Of a stretch of DNA of 64,000 nt, positions 52,901 to 62,038 are shown piece by piece. Within the stretch, counting starts at the first letter, position 1, and every line of letters begins with the position of its first letter. The DNA lies in NCBI GenBank assembly GCA_963733035.1, contig CAVTBU010000005.1:1120001-1184000 (forward strand), given 5' to 3'. Source of the DNA: Pirellulales bacterium (GTDB taxonomy: Bacteria; Planctomycetota; Planctomycetia; Pirellulales; PALSA-1355). Under the pieces are notes generated by a model. The model had not been told where the DNA came from and did no database searches. It was given only the letters and a program-made list of their open reading frames with translations. The translations under genes and the position numbers were made by a program.

Positions 52901-52940
52901 GAGGGTTCTTGCCCCGGCGAGCAAGAGCCCTCTTTTTTTT
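52901..52940 (+). terminator. Intrinsic terminator with no upstream + strand CDS
   Basis: GAGGGTTCTTGC-N8-GCAAGAGCCCTC followed by T8. Confidence 0.8.
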
Positions 52941-53212
52941 GCGCCGAGCCACCCCAGTCCGGCCCGATCGGCGCAAATTTGCGCCATTATATCGGCCGTC
53001 CGCCTCGACGGATAGGATTGGACCCGTGCCGAATTTATGTCGTTTCCGACATCTCTCGGCCGCTTTTCGCCGGTGGCGGCTTTTCAGGGCATTTGCGGCG
53101 GTCTATCCTAAGGTCCCACGCGCCGCGGACGGCCCGGCAGCGCCCGTCCTCGGGTCGCCGACCCCGCTGCCTCGCGTTCACCCTCCTGAATCCACGCCCT
53201 GGAGTAGCCACC

Positions 53213-53941
53213 ATGCGATTCGCGTTACGTCTTCCATTGATGTTTGCCTGCGGACTCGTCCTTGCCACCCTGGTTGGCACCGCCGAAGCCGATGACCTGC
53301 CCACGACGCTTCAACCAGTTCCCCGCGAAGGTGGCTGGCTGGACCGCCACAACAGCTTCAACGAGCGAGTGAGCCAAGGGGACGTCGACCTGATTTTCAT
53401 CGGCGACTCGATTACCCAAGGCTGGGAAGGCAACGGCAAGGATGTATGGGCCAAGTACTACGGTCCCCGCAAAGCAGTCAACCTGGGCATTGGCGGCGAC
53501 CGCACGCAGCACGTGCTGTGGCGTCTCGACAACGGCAACATCGACGGCATCAAGCCGAAGCTGGCCGTCATCATGATCGGCACCAACAACTCCGGCGGCA
53601 ACGACAACACGGCTGAGGAAATTGGCGCCGGCATCGAGGCCATCGTCAAGAAACTGCGCAACAAGCTTCCCGATACCAAGATCCTGATTTTGGCCATCTT
53701 TCCCCGCAACGAGAAGCCGGGGCCGCAACGCGAAAAGAACGCCAAGGCGAGCGAGATCGCCTCGAAACTGGCCGACGACAAGATGGTGTACTACCTCGAC
53801 ATCGGCCCCAAGTTCCTCACGGAAGACGGCACGCTGACCCGCGAAATCATGCCCGACTTGCTGCACCTCAGCCCAAAGGGCTACGAGATTTGGGCAGAGT
53901 CGATTGAGCCCTCGGTTGCCAAGCTGATGGGCGAGAAGTAG
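53213..53941 (+). CDS. SGNH/GDSL hydrolase (PAF-acetylhydrolase-like), secreted
   Basis: GDSIT, GIGGDRT, IGTNN, D.LHL motifs; signal peptide. Confidence 0.92.
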   Translation: MRFALRLPLMFACGLVLATLVGTAEADDLPTTLQPVPREGGWLDRHNSFNERVSQGDVDLIFIGDSITQGWEGNGKDVWAKYYGPRKAVNLGIGGDRTQHVLWRLDNGNIDGIKPKLAVIMIGTNNSGGNDNTAEEIGAGIEAIVKKLRNKLPDTKILILAIFPRNEKPGPQREKNAKASEIASKLADDKMVYYLDIGPKFLTEDGTLTREIMPDLLHLSPKGYEIWAESIEPSVAKLMGEK

Positions 53942-54020
53942 ACCCTGCCGGCATGAAAAACGGCAACGATCTTCAGGGGGCGTCACGGCCCACGTGGCGC
54001 CCCCTCACTTTGCGCTGGGG

Positions 54021-54974
54021 CTAGCGATTGCGAAACCAACGGACGAAGTCGCGAACCCCGTCGGCGATCGAAACGCCTGGCTGATATCCGAGCAAGCGTT
54101 GGGCCTTCGTCAAATCGGCACATGTCACCGGCATGTCTCCGGCGAAGGCCGGGTGAAAGTCAATTTTGGCCTTTTGACCAAGTTCCTCTTCGAGCAACCG
54201 CACCAGGTCGATGACGGCAATCGGTTCGTGATGCCCCAGATTGATGGCTTCGCCAGCGATGCCCGCGGATGTGAGCGCGGCCAGGAGTCCGGAGCAAACG
54301 TCGCTCACGTGCGTAAAATCGCGGCGATAGCTGCCGTCGCCAAATAGTGGAATCGGTTCCCCGCGATCGATGGCCGTGGCAAACACATGGATCGCCAGAT
54401 CGGGACGCATGCGCGGTCCGTAAACACTAAAGGGCCGCAGGCTGACCGTCGGCACTCCGTGCATCAGGTGAAAGTGCGAGGCCAACGTCTCGGCGGCTTG
54501 TTTCGTCACGCCATACGGGCTCAATGGAATTCCTAGTGGAACGTCTTCCTGGAAGGGAACTTCCGCCCCCGCGCCATAGACCGTCGACGAAGAGACCAAG
54601 ACGAAACGGTCGAGCGAACGATCTTTCGCGGCCTCGAGCAGCACTAACGTGCCGCGGATGTTCGCTTCCTCGAATTGGAGGGGCCGCGTTAGACTGGCGC
54701 GCACGCCGGCATATCCGCCCAGATGAACGATCTGGCGAAACCCGTGCCGCGGAAACAAGTCGTTGACGAGCTTCGGATCACAAAACGAACCCTCGACAAC
54801 CGTCACCCGACGGTCACCTGCGAACGCAGCCGCGTTGAGTCGTTTCAGCGCTGGATCGTAGTCGTCGTTGAAACTATCGAGACACACGATCCGCGCTTCT
54901 GGCTCGGATGCGAGCAGCCGCTGAATGAAATGGCTGCCGATAAAGCCGGCACCGCCGGTAACGAGAACGGACAT
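54021..54974 (-). CDS. NAD-dependent epimerase/dehydratase (UDP-glucuronate epimerase-like)
   Basis: TGGAGFIG, AGVR.S, YGVTK, VYGP.MRPD.A. Confidence 0.9.
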   Translation of the reverse strand: MSVLVTGGAGFIGSHFIQRLLASEPEARIVCLDSFNDDYDPALKRLNAAAFAGDRRVTVVEGSFCDPKLVNDLFPRHGFRQIVHLGGYAGVRASLTRPLQFEEANIRGTLVLLEAAKDRSLDRFVLVSSSTVYGAGAEVPFQEDVPLGIPLSPYGVTKQAAETLASHFHLMHGVPTVSLRPFSVYGPRMRPDLAIHVFATAIDRGEPIPLFGDGSYRRDFTHVSDVCSGLLAALTSAGIAGEAINLGHHEPIAVIDLVRLLEEELGQKAKIDFHPAFAGDMPVTCADLTKAQRLLGYQPGVSIADGVRDFVRWFRNR

Positions 54975-55077
54975 GCTGGCTCGCGTGAGACGTGTTGGTC
55001 GGTGCGACACCCAACCGGTTCGATGAAACTTCGCAATCCAAATTGTACCAGCCCGCGGGATCGGGTGTTTGGAAACC

Positions 55078-55842
55078 CTAGCCGGCGGAAGCTCGCGGCC
55101 GCGGCGCCAACCAGTTTTGGGCACCCAGCGCAAGGATAATCCCCATTGCGGAAAATGCCTCGCGCGAACTGATTTTTGACGTGCCGCGTTCGCGGTCGGC
55201 GAAGGTGATCGGTGTTTCGCCGATCGAGGCACCCAACCGCTTGAGTCGCCAGAGGATCTCTTCCTGGAACGAGTAGCCTCGCGAGCGAATGGCCGAGAAA
55301 TCGACGTGCCGCAGCAGCGAGGTGCGATAACAGCGAAATGCTCCACTGCAGTCCTTGGCCGGCAAGCCCAGCAAACAGCGCGCGTAGGCGTTGACGGTGC
55401 GGCTCATCAGGTGGCGCGTGAAGGGCCATCCCTGGATCGCCCCGCCGGCGACGTAGCGCGAACCGATCATCACATCCGCCGCCGGTGAACCGTCGGGATG
55501 CTGCATGCCGGCCAGCAGAGCTGGCAGATGACGCGGATGATGGCTGAAATCCGCGTCCATGTTCAGCACATAACGGTAGCCGTGTTCAATGGCATATTGC
55601 ATTCCCGCGATCGTCGCAGTGCCCAGCCCCAACTTGCCGGGCCGATGCAGACAATGCAGCCGCGAAACATTTGCCGCACGCTCGTCGCACCACTGGCCGG
55701 TGCCGTCCGGTGAGTTGTCGTCCACGACCAGAACGTCGACCTGGGGAGCCACCGCTAGGATCTCGTCGACCAGCCGCGGCAGATTCTCGATCTCGTTGTA
55801 GGTCGCCAGGGTGACCAGTGTGGCGGGGGGGTCGATAGCCAT
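55078..55842 (-). CDS. Polyprenol monophosphomannose synthase (GT2)
   Basis: TYNE..N, VDDNSPDGT, KLGLGTA, MDADFSH, GYSFQ.E. Confidence 0.9.
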   Translation of the reverse strand: MAIDPPATLVTLATYNEIENLPRLVDEILAVAPQVDVLVVDDNSPDGTGQWCDERAANVSRLHCLHRPGKLGLGTATIAGMQYAIEHGYRYVLNMDADFSHHPRHLPALLAGMQHPDGSPAADVMIGSRYVAGGAIQGWPFTRHLMSRTVNAYARCLLGLPAKDCSGAFRCYRTSLLRHVDFSAIRSRGYSFQEEILWRLKRLGASIGETPITFADRERGTSKISSREAFSAMGIILALGAQNWLAPRPRASAG

Positions 55843-56020
55843 TGCACCATTTCCAAATACTTCCAGCGTCGCGGCAAATCGGGCGTCGATTCCTCGAGTA
55901 CAAGCGCCTGTTTTGGCCCCGCCGAAGCTGCCAAATCGGGGGCATCCCTGTTCGCGGCATGGGCGGCCATCTACAATCTTAGGTTGCCCGCAGCACCGAT
56001 CCACGATTTTGCCCGCCTCC

Positions 56021-57268
56021 ATGAGCGTTTCCGCGGAAACCGTCGTGCCTTCTGTCACGACCGATCAGCGTCTCAAACCGTCGCGCTTGCGCGATGATTC
56101 GCCGATTTACGGGCGCACCTTCTGGCTCACTTACATCGGCAACTCGGCCTTCACTGTAGCGATGGCCTTGATGTATCGGTATGCCGATTTCGTGTTGTAT
56201 CTGGGCGGGACGGAATGGAACGTCGGCCTGATTGCCGGCGTGGGCATGGTCGGCAGTCTGCTGATGCGCTTTTTTCAAGGCTTCGGCATCGATCATTTTG
56301 GTCCGCGACGGATTTGGTTGTGGTCGAGCGCCGCATTTGTCGTGTCGCTGCTGGCGCACCTGTCGATCAACAACGTCCACGGTCCGGCGATCTTCCTATT
56401 GAGGGTCTGCTATGCCACAAGCATCGCGGGCGTGCTAGGGTCGTCCATCACTAGCATTTCTCGCAAACTGCCGCTGGCTCGTACGGCCGAGGTCATCGGC
56501 ATGCTGGGCACCTCAGGCTTCATCGGCATGGCAGTAGGTCCCCTGCTGGGCGACGTTTTCTGCGGTCATGAGCCGATCACGCGAAGCGACCTCAATACCC
56601 TGTTCCTGGTCGCGGCAGTGCTTGGTGTCATCTCGTTCGTCTGCGCTGAACTGGCGACGCGCAACGAACCGCGACCTCGCCGGCGCCGGCGCCCACCGCT
56701 CGTCTGGTTACTCGGGCGTTACCATCCGGGAAGCGTCATGGTGTTGGCAATCGTGATGGGCATCGGATTGGTGATTCCCACCACGTTTCTTCCCACGTTC
56801 ATCGAACAGTGCGGCATCGAGCATACGGGCACGTTCTTTTTGGCCTATGCCGGAACGGCATTTGTCGCCCGCATGCTCACCCGCAATTTGCCGCACACGG
56901 TGGGTGTGCGCCCCATGATCTACATCGGCCTCGCTTCGCTGGCGGTGAGCTTCCTGTTGTATCTGCCCGTCACGACCCAATGGGGCCTGGCAATTCCGGG
57001 CGTGTTTGCGGGAATATCGCACGCCGTGCTGTTCCCCAGTGTCACGGCTAAAGGAAGCACGTCGTTTCCCAGCCGTTACCGCGGTTTGGGCACGACCTTG
57101 ATGCTGGCGATGCTCGATACGGGGATGTTCGTGGGCAATCCGCTCATCGGCCGGATGGTGGAGTTCAGCAAGGCGATTGGCTGGCCCCCCTACACCACGA
57201 CTTTTGTCACCTTGGCAATCGGCGTCAGCCTGGTTGGCGTCTGGTATGCTATCTTCACCAGGAGATAG
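56021..57268 (+). CDS. MFS transporter
   Basis: About 12 TM helices, G..IDHFGPRR motif A. Confidence 0.88.
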   Translation: MSVSAETVVPSVTTDQRLKPSRLRDDSPIYGRTFWLTYIGNSAFTVAMALMYRYADFVLYLGGTEWNVGLIAGVGMVGSLLMRFFQGFGIDHFGPRRIWLWSSAAFVVSLLAHLSINNVHGPAIFLLRVCYATSIAGVLGSSITSISRKLPLARTAEVIGMLGTSGFIGMAVGPLLGDVFCGHEPITRSDLNTLFLVAAVLGVISFVCAELATRNEPRPRRRRRPPLVWLLGRYHPGSVMVLAIVMGIGLVIPTTFLPTFIEQCGIEHTGTFFLAYAGTAFVARMLTRNLPHTVGVRPMIYIGLASLAVSFLLYLPVTTQWGLAIPGVFAGISHAVLFPSVTAKGSTSFPSRYRGLGTTLMLAMLDTGMFVGNPLIGRMVEFSKAIGWPPYTTTFVTLAIGVSLVGVWYAIFTRR

Positions 57269-57273
57269 CGCAC

Positions 57274-58035
57274 ATGCCCACACGCCGCGGGGCCGAGAAG
57301 GCCTATGACGCTGACTTGGCGTACGTTCACGACGCGGGGTTCGGCAGCTTTGCCGAAGCCGCGGCGCGGTTTCTCTGCCAGCAATTGGCGCGTCGTGGCA
57401 TTCGCAGCGGAAAGATTGTCGAACTGGGCTGTGGCAGCGGCATTCAGGCGGCGGCCATGAGCAACGCCGGCTACGAAATCGTCGGTTATGATATTTCGCC
57501 GGCAATGGTGCGGCTGGCAAAGACACGCGCGCCGGCCGGCGAATTTCACTGCCGGTCGTTTCTCGATGCCGCGATCCCAAATTGCCAGGTAGTCACGGCG
57601 GTCGGCGAAATCTTCAACTACCTGTTCGACGAACGCAACTCGCTGGCAGGACTGAAAAAAGTGTTTCGCCGCGTCTACTCGGCGCTCGACGGCGGTGGAG
57701 TCTTCCTGTTCGACGTGGCGCTCGTCGGCCGCATTCCCGGCGGTCATCACCGCGCCTACACGGACCAAAACAATTGGGCCTGTCTCTACGATGGCCGGGA
57801 GGACTCGCGGGGAAAGTCGCTCACCCGGCGAATCACAACTTTTCGCCGCGACGGACGGCACTATCGCCGCGATCAGGAAATCCACCGTTTGCGGCTGTAC
57901 GAGCGAAACGAACTACTCGAACCGCTACGAAGCATTGGGTTTCGCGTGCGAAGCTTGCGCAGCTACGACACGCTGAAGTTTCCTCCCGGCTATCTGGCCT
58001 TCCTGTGCCACAAGCCGCCGCTGGGGCGCCGCTAG
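57274..58035 (+). CDS. Class I SAM-dependent methyltransferase
   Basis: VELGCGSG, GYDISPAMV motifs. Confidence 0.88.
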   Translation: MPTRRGAEKAYDADLAYVHDAGFGSFAEAAARFLCQQLARRGIRSGKIVELGCGSGIQAAAMSNAGYEIVGYDISPAMVRLAKTRAPAGEFHCRSFLDAAIPNCQVVTAVGEIFNYLFDERNSLAGLKKVFRRVYSALDGGGVFLFDVALVGRIPGGHHRAYTDQNNWACLYDGREDSRGKSLTRRITTFRRDGRHYRRDQEIHRLRLYERNELLEPLRSIGFRVRSLRSYDTLKFPPGYLAFLCHKPPLGRR

Positions 58036-58051
58036 GTGGCGGGAAAACTGC

Positions 58052-58999
58052 TTACCTGCCGGCGATGGTGCGGTAGTACTCGATCGATCGGCGAAGCCCC
58101 TCGGCGAAACTCACCTGCGGATCGTAGGCCAGGCACGCACGAGCCCGCGTGATATCGGCCAGGCTTTCGCGCACGTCGCCAACTCGCGGCGGCTGGTGAA
58201 CCGGTTTGATGCTGGTGCCCAGCAGCGAATTCAGATTATCGAGCAATTGCAGCAAGCTGGTTGTACGACCATTGGCCACGTTGAATACGCGTCCGGCGAC
58301 GAGTTTGGGGTCGGCGTCGGCGGCGAGCAAATTGCCGTGCACGACGTTGTCGACATACGTGAAGTCGCGCGATTGATGGCCGTCGCCATAGACGGTTGGC
58401 TGGCGTCCGGCGAGCATGGCGGTAATGAATAGCGGAATCACCGCCGAATACTGGCTATGGGGATCCTGTCGCGGCCCGAACACGTTGAAATACCGAATCG
58501 CGACCGTCTCGAAACCGTAGGTGGCGGTAAACGCGCCGCAATACGATTCCCCGGCGAACTTTGCCGCGCCATAGGGAGAAATCGGCGCCGGCAAATCCGA
58601 TTCGCGCTTGCTGGAAGTCGGCTGATCGCCATAGGCACTGCTTGAGGCGGCATAGACGAGGCGTCGTACGCCCGCCTTGCGTGCTTCATCCAGCACGATC
58701 AAGGTGCCCGTCACGCAAGCGGCGTGCGTTGCCAGCGGATGTTCAACGCTGCGCGGCACCGAAGCCAGCGCCGCCTCGTGAAAGACGCAATCGACTCCCT
58801 TGACGGCCTTGGCCACGGTCTGCGGGTCGGTAATGTCGCCTTCGATGAACTCGACGTCGCTGCCAAGGATTTCGACGTTGGCCCGGCTACCCGTCGACAG
58901 ATTATCGAGCACGCGCACACGGTCGCCACGGGCGAGAAGTCCCTGGGCAATATGAGACCCAACAAAGCCGGCACCGCCGGTAACCAAGAACGTGCGCAT
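58052..58999 (-). CDS. NAD-dependent epimerase (WbpP/GalE-like extended SDR)
   Basis: TGGAGFVG, SVPRS, YGAAK, RYFNVFGPRQDP. Confidence 0.92.
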   Translation of the reverse strand: MRTFLVTGGAGFVGSHIAQGLLARGDRVRVLDNLSTGSRANVEILGSDVEFIEGDITDPQTVAKAVKGVDCVFHEAALASVPRSVEHPLATHAACVTGTLIVLDEARKAGVRRLVYAASSSAYGDQPTSSKRESDLPAPISPYGAAKFAGESYCGAFTATYGFETVAIRYFNVFGPRQDPHSQYSAVIPLFITAMLAGRQPTVYGDGHQSRDFTYVDNVVHGNLLAADADPKLVAGRVFNVANGRTTSLLQLLDNLNSLLGTSIKPVHQPPRVGDVRESLADITRARACLAYDPQVSFAEGLRRSIEYYRTIAGR

Positions 59000-59164
59000 C
59001 AAGATCCTCGTCAAACAGTCGTTGCGAAAGGTACTTCGAATGGGCTCTGAATTCTAGTTCACGGGGGCGGGTCGCACCACCGACGAGAATCTCGGGTGGT
59101 GTCCTAACAGTGAGGTGGTCGGATGGGAGGTCCGGTGAGGGCCGTGATTGGGGCTGTTTTTGCA

Positions 59165-59986
59165 TCAGTCCATGTAATTGTATTGGGGATGCATTCGGCA
59201 TTTTCCGGAATCGTACCCGTAGACAAAGCAGGTCCTGGTTTTATGGGGGCTCTTGGACGTGTCGAGATATTCGGCGTAGGCGATCACTATGATCACCCCG
59301 TTTTCAGACAGCACCCCGATATCTTCGTCGTTCAGCGGCATCGTATCGATGACGTTGTATGTCGTCGATGCGCCCGGTGCGAGAACGGCTTGATGCTGTG
59401 TTGCGTTGGCTGCTGTATGCAGCGCGGTAGAGATATTATCGATATCGATTCCGAGATCCGGGTAATGCGCCAGCACATCATCGTTCTGAAAGACTATCTG
59501 GCCGCCATCGCTGACTTTGATTTGTACGGCCACGGCATAACCAGTGACGATGGCCGGCGTCTTGCCTACATTTTTGAGCTGAATTGTCCCATGAATTGTA
59601 TCTGGAATTCCTGGTGGAGCGATTTCCGGCACATCAAAGCTCAGCCATGGCCGCTGGTCCAGCCGCATGACCTCCCATTGCTTGTCGGTGGCGTCCCATT
59701 GCCAATAGCCGACTATCACTTGGCCCAGCGTGAAAATCACCAAACTGGCGGAAAATATGAGCTGCCAGAACGCATAGCGACCAAATCGCCGTTTTGGCTG
59801 TTTCTTGGTTCTATCGGGCTTGGTTGTGTCATCATCGTCGCCGGGTTTCTCTGCATTGACAGACTTCTCTGGGGCCAGAGGCTCAGCGGGTGGCGCTGGT
59901 GGGGCCTCCTGATTGTTGGGTGCCTGCTTATTGCTCTGTCGCTTGCGCTCACGTCTGCGGGCCTTACGCTGGGCTTTCGTGGACAT
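59165..59986 (-). CDS. Hypothetical single-pass membrane protein (accessory)
   Basis: Basic/disordered N-terminus, one TM, DQRPWL followed by beta-rich domain. Confidence 0.65.
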   Translation of the reverse strand: MSTKAQRKARRRERKRQSNKQAPNNQEAPPAPPAEPLAPEKSVNAEKPGDDDDTTKPDRTKKQPKRRFGRYAFWQLIFSASLVIFTLGQVIVGYWQWDATDKQWEVMRLDQRPWLSFDVPEIAPPGIPDTIHGTIQLKNVGKTPAIVTGYAVAVQIKVSDGGQIVFQNDDVLAHYPDLGIDIDNISTALHTAANATQHQAVLAPGASTTYNVIDTMPLNDEDIGVLSENGVIIVIAYAEYLDTSKSPHKTRTCFVYGYDSGKCRMHPQYNYMD

Positions 59987-60077
59987 TTCTCGTCGTCCTT
60001 CCGAACCTGACGCCTGAGTGTGATGTCAGTAGGGGCATGTAACCAATCTTTTCCGCCGTTTAATCGGTCGCTCAATG

Positions 60078-60172
60078 GGAGAGCGGCCCGCGTCTTGGCG
60101 GCGCAGGTGTTTTATAAACGCCCGTAGGGAGCGGCCTAATCCGCTGCCTGAGTTCGATTCTCACGCTCTCCG
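60078..60172 (+). tRNA. Non-canonical 8/4 tRNA (allo-tRNA-like), anticodon TAT, long variable arm
   Basis: 8-bp acceptor GGAGAGCG/CGCTCTCC, D-stem GCGTC/GGCGC, anticodon stem GGTGT/ACGCC with loop TTTATAA, variable stem AGCGG/CCGCT, 4-bp T-stem TGAG/CTCA with TTCGATT loop, discriminator G. Confidence 0.85.
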
Positions 60173-60346
60173 CTAGCGCTTTCTTCGCGCAGCCTTAAGC
60201 AGTATCTCCCGAGCCCACGTAGACGTGTTCGCACCGGCTGCGGCGTCTAGCTCAGCTCGCTCTTGCTCAGTAAGGCGGATGCGCAGTTCCGCGCTCTTTC
60301 GCTCGTCTGGCTCTTTGGGGGGCCTTCCCCTAGATGTAGTTTCCAT
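60173..60346 (-). CDS. Small ribbon-helix-helix/MobC-like DNA-binding protein
   Basis: GRPP...LRIRLTEQERAELDAAA...STWAREILL; divergent from transposase. Confidence 0.75.
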   Translation of the reverse strand: METTSRGRPPKEPDERKSAELRIRLTEQERAELDAAAGANTSTWAREILLKAARRKR

Positions 60347-60357
60347 GCGATTTATCA

Positions 60358-60414
60358 TAGCAACAAAAAATATCCCCGCAAGGCTATTGCATCCTAATTA
60401 TTTGTTGCTACAAT
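60358..60414. promoter_or_regulatory. Divergent promoter with inverted-repeat operator
   Basis: TAGCAACAAA (60358-67) / TTTGTTGCTA (60401-10); TTGCAT-N16-TACAAT (60387-60414). Confidence 0.55.
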
Positions 60415-60559
60415 AAATCGTAGTGATTGGGAGTAATGATCCCAATAAAAAACCCCGACTCGGCCCTGGCAGGCTGAATCGGGGGACAAACAACCAGGCT
60501 CTCGCTAGGCTGCTGTGACAAGCCAATTCTAGCGGAAGCCGCAACAAAGGCTACCCGCG

Positions 60560-61585
60560 ATGATGATTGCTTGTGCTCATGCGACGTTCCAGAAATACGG
60601 CAAAGACCGCAAGGGAATCCAGCGGTTTAAGTGTTCATTGTGCGGCAAGCGTTGGACGGAAGAACATGCCAAGCCGCTTGGCGAGATGCGCGTGCCCGTG
60701 GAAACCGCCAAGCTGACCTTACGTCTGCTGACGGAAGGCATGAGCATTCGAGCCACGGAGCGGACTACAGGCGTCCATCGTGATACGCTCTGCAAGCTGA
60801 TCGTATTCTTCGGCGATGCCTGCAAGCGGTTCCTAGACGATCGCATGCAGGGCCTACAACTGAGTCACCTGCAATTCGACGAACAGTGGACGTTCGTTGG
60901 CAAGAAACAGTCTCGCCTCACGATGACCGAACGTACTAGGTCGAGCGATATTGGCGACATTTATTTGTGGACCTGCATTGACCAGAAAACGAAGCTTCTG
61001 CCCGCGTTCCTGATTGGCAAACGTTCGGCGGACAATGCCCGTCGCTTCATGATGGACGTTGCGAGCCGCTTAACGTTTCCCAAGCCGCACCAGAGCGACG
61101 ACCAGAGCTATACGAAGCCCGGATATCGGCCAATCGTGCAAATCTCGACCGATGGATTCTCGGCCTACCCGGAAGCGGTGGACCTGGCGTTTGGACCTTA
61201 CGTGAAGTACGGCACGATAATCAAAGAGTACCGCAACGCCAGCATGATCTACACGCCGTCCGAAATGGTCGGCACGAAGCGGACTGGCGTTCGCGGGATA
61301 AGCGGCCGGAACCGGCGGACGATATGCACGAGCCACGTAGAGCGACTGAACGGTACCCAGCGGGTCTTCATGAAGCGGCTTAACCGATTGACACTGTGCT
61401 TCTCCAAGAAGCTTCGGAACCTGGAATGTGCTTTTGCAATGTTCGCGGCCTATTACAATTATTGCTGGCAGACTCGTAAGCCGGGCAAGAGCGGCCAGAA
61501 GCGGGGCACCGCTGCTATGATGGCTGGAATTGCTGGGCACGTGTGGAGCTTTGATGAGCTGTTTGAGGCAGTGCTATGCGGGTAA
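60560..61585 (+). CDS. IS1 family transposase (single ORF)
   Basis: Zn ribbon (QRFKCSLCG), HTH (GMSIRATERTTGVHRDT), DDE: DEQWTFVGKK, STDG, TSHVERLN. Confidence 0.9.
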   Translation: MMIACAHATFQKYGKDRKGIQRFKCSLCGKRWTEEHAKPLGEMRVPVETAKLTLRLLTEGMSIRATERTTGVHRDTLCKLIVFFGDACKRFLDDRMQGLQLSHLQFDEQWTFVGKKQSRLTMTERTRSSDIGDIYLWTCIDQKTKLLPAFLIGKRSADNARRFMMDVASRLTFPKPHQSDDQSYTKPGYRPIVQISTDGFSAYPEAVDLAFGPYVKYGTIIKEYRNASMIYTPSEMVGTKRTGVRGISGRNRRTICTSHVERLNGTQRVFMKRLNRLTLCFSKKLRNLECAFAMFAAYYNYCWQTRKPGKSGQKRGTAAMMAGIAGHVWSFDELFEAVLCG

Positions 61586-62038
61586 AAGCGGCATATGGGC
61601 AGCACTGGACATGGTTTGTATATTGTTGTATATTTCAGTTAAGCAGGAGCAACATGCCTTCCGATATTGAAGGGGGTACCAAGATGGTCGCGCCGAGGGA
61701 AGGGGACAGTCAGCGGATTCGGTTTGATGCCGCCGTTCCCATGCCCAAAAAGACCGTGCGCGTAATTGGCTACGCGCAAAAAGAAGGCCGAACGATTCTC
61801 AAAAACGATGGCAAATATCAGCATATCGTGGACATCGAGAAGCGTTTGGTTGATTTTGGAAATCTTGAAGAAACCTGCGATCTGGACATCCGCAGTTTTC
61901 ACGAATTTTTTGAATTGCGCGAGCGCGGAGGACTGTTGGGAAATATAAACCTCAGGGTGTTTTTTGCGCATCTCCCTGAGCGGAATGAAATCGTGATCTT
62001 AAAGACGTACAAAAAGGAGAGGAACGACCAAACGCCAC

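Noticed and set aside
59123..60010. 295-aa plus-strand ORF
   Set aside because: Fully overlaps 59165-59986 on the other strand, which has the more protein-like organisation; moderate uncertainty
60078..60172. tRNA-Sec (selC) or ordinary tRNA-Ile/Ser
   Set aside because: Anticodon is TAT not TCA, and the acceptor/T geometry is 8/4, neither 8/5 nor 7/5
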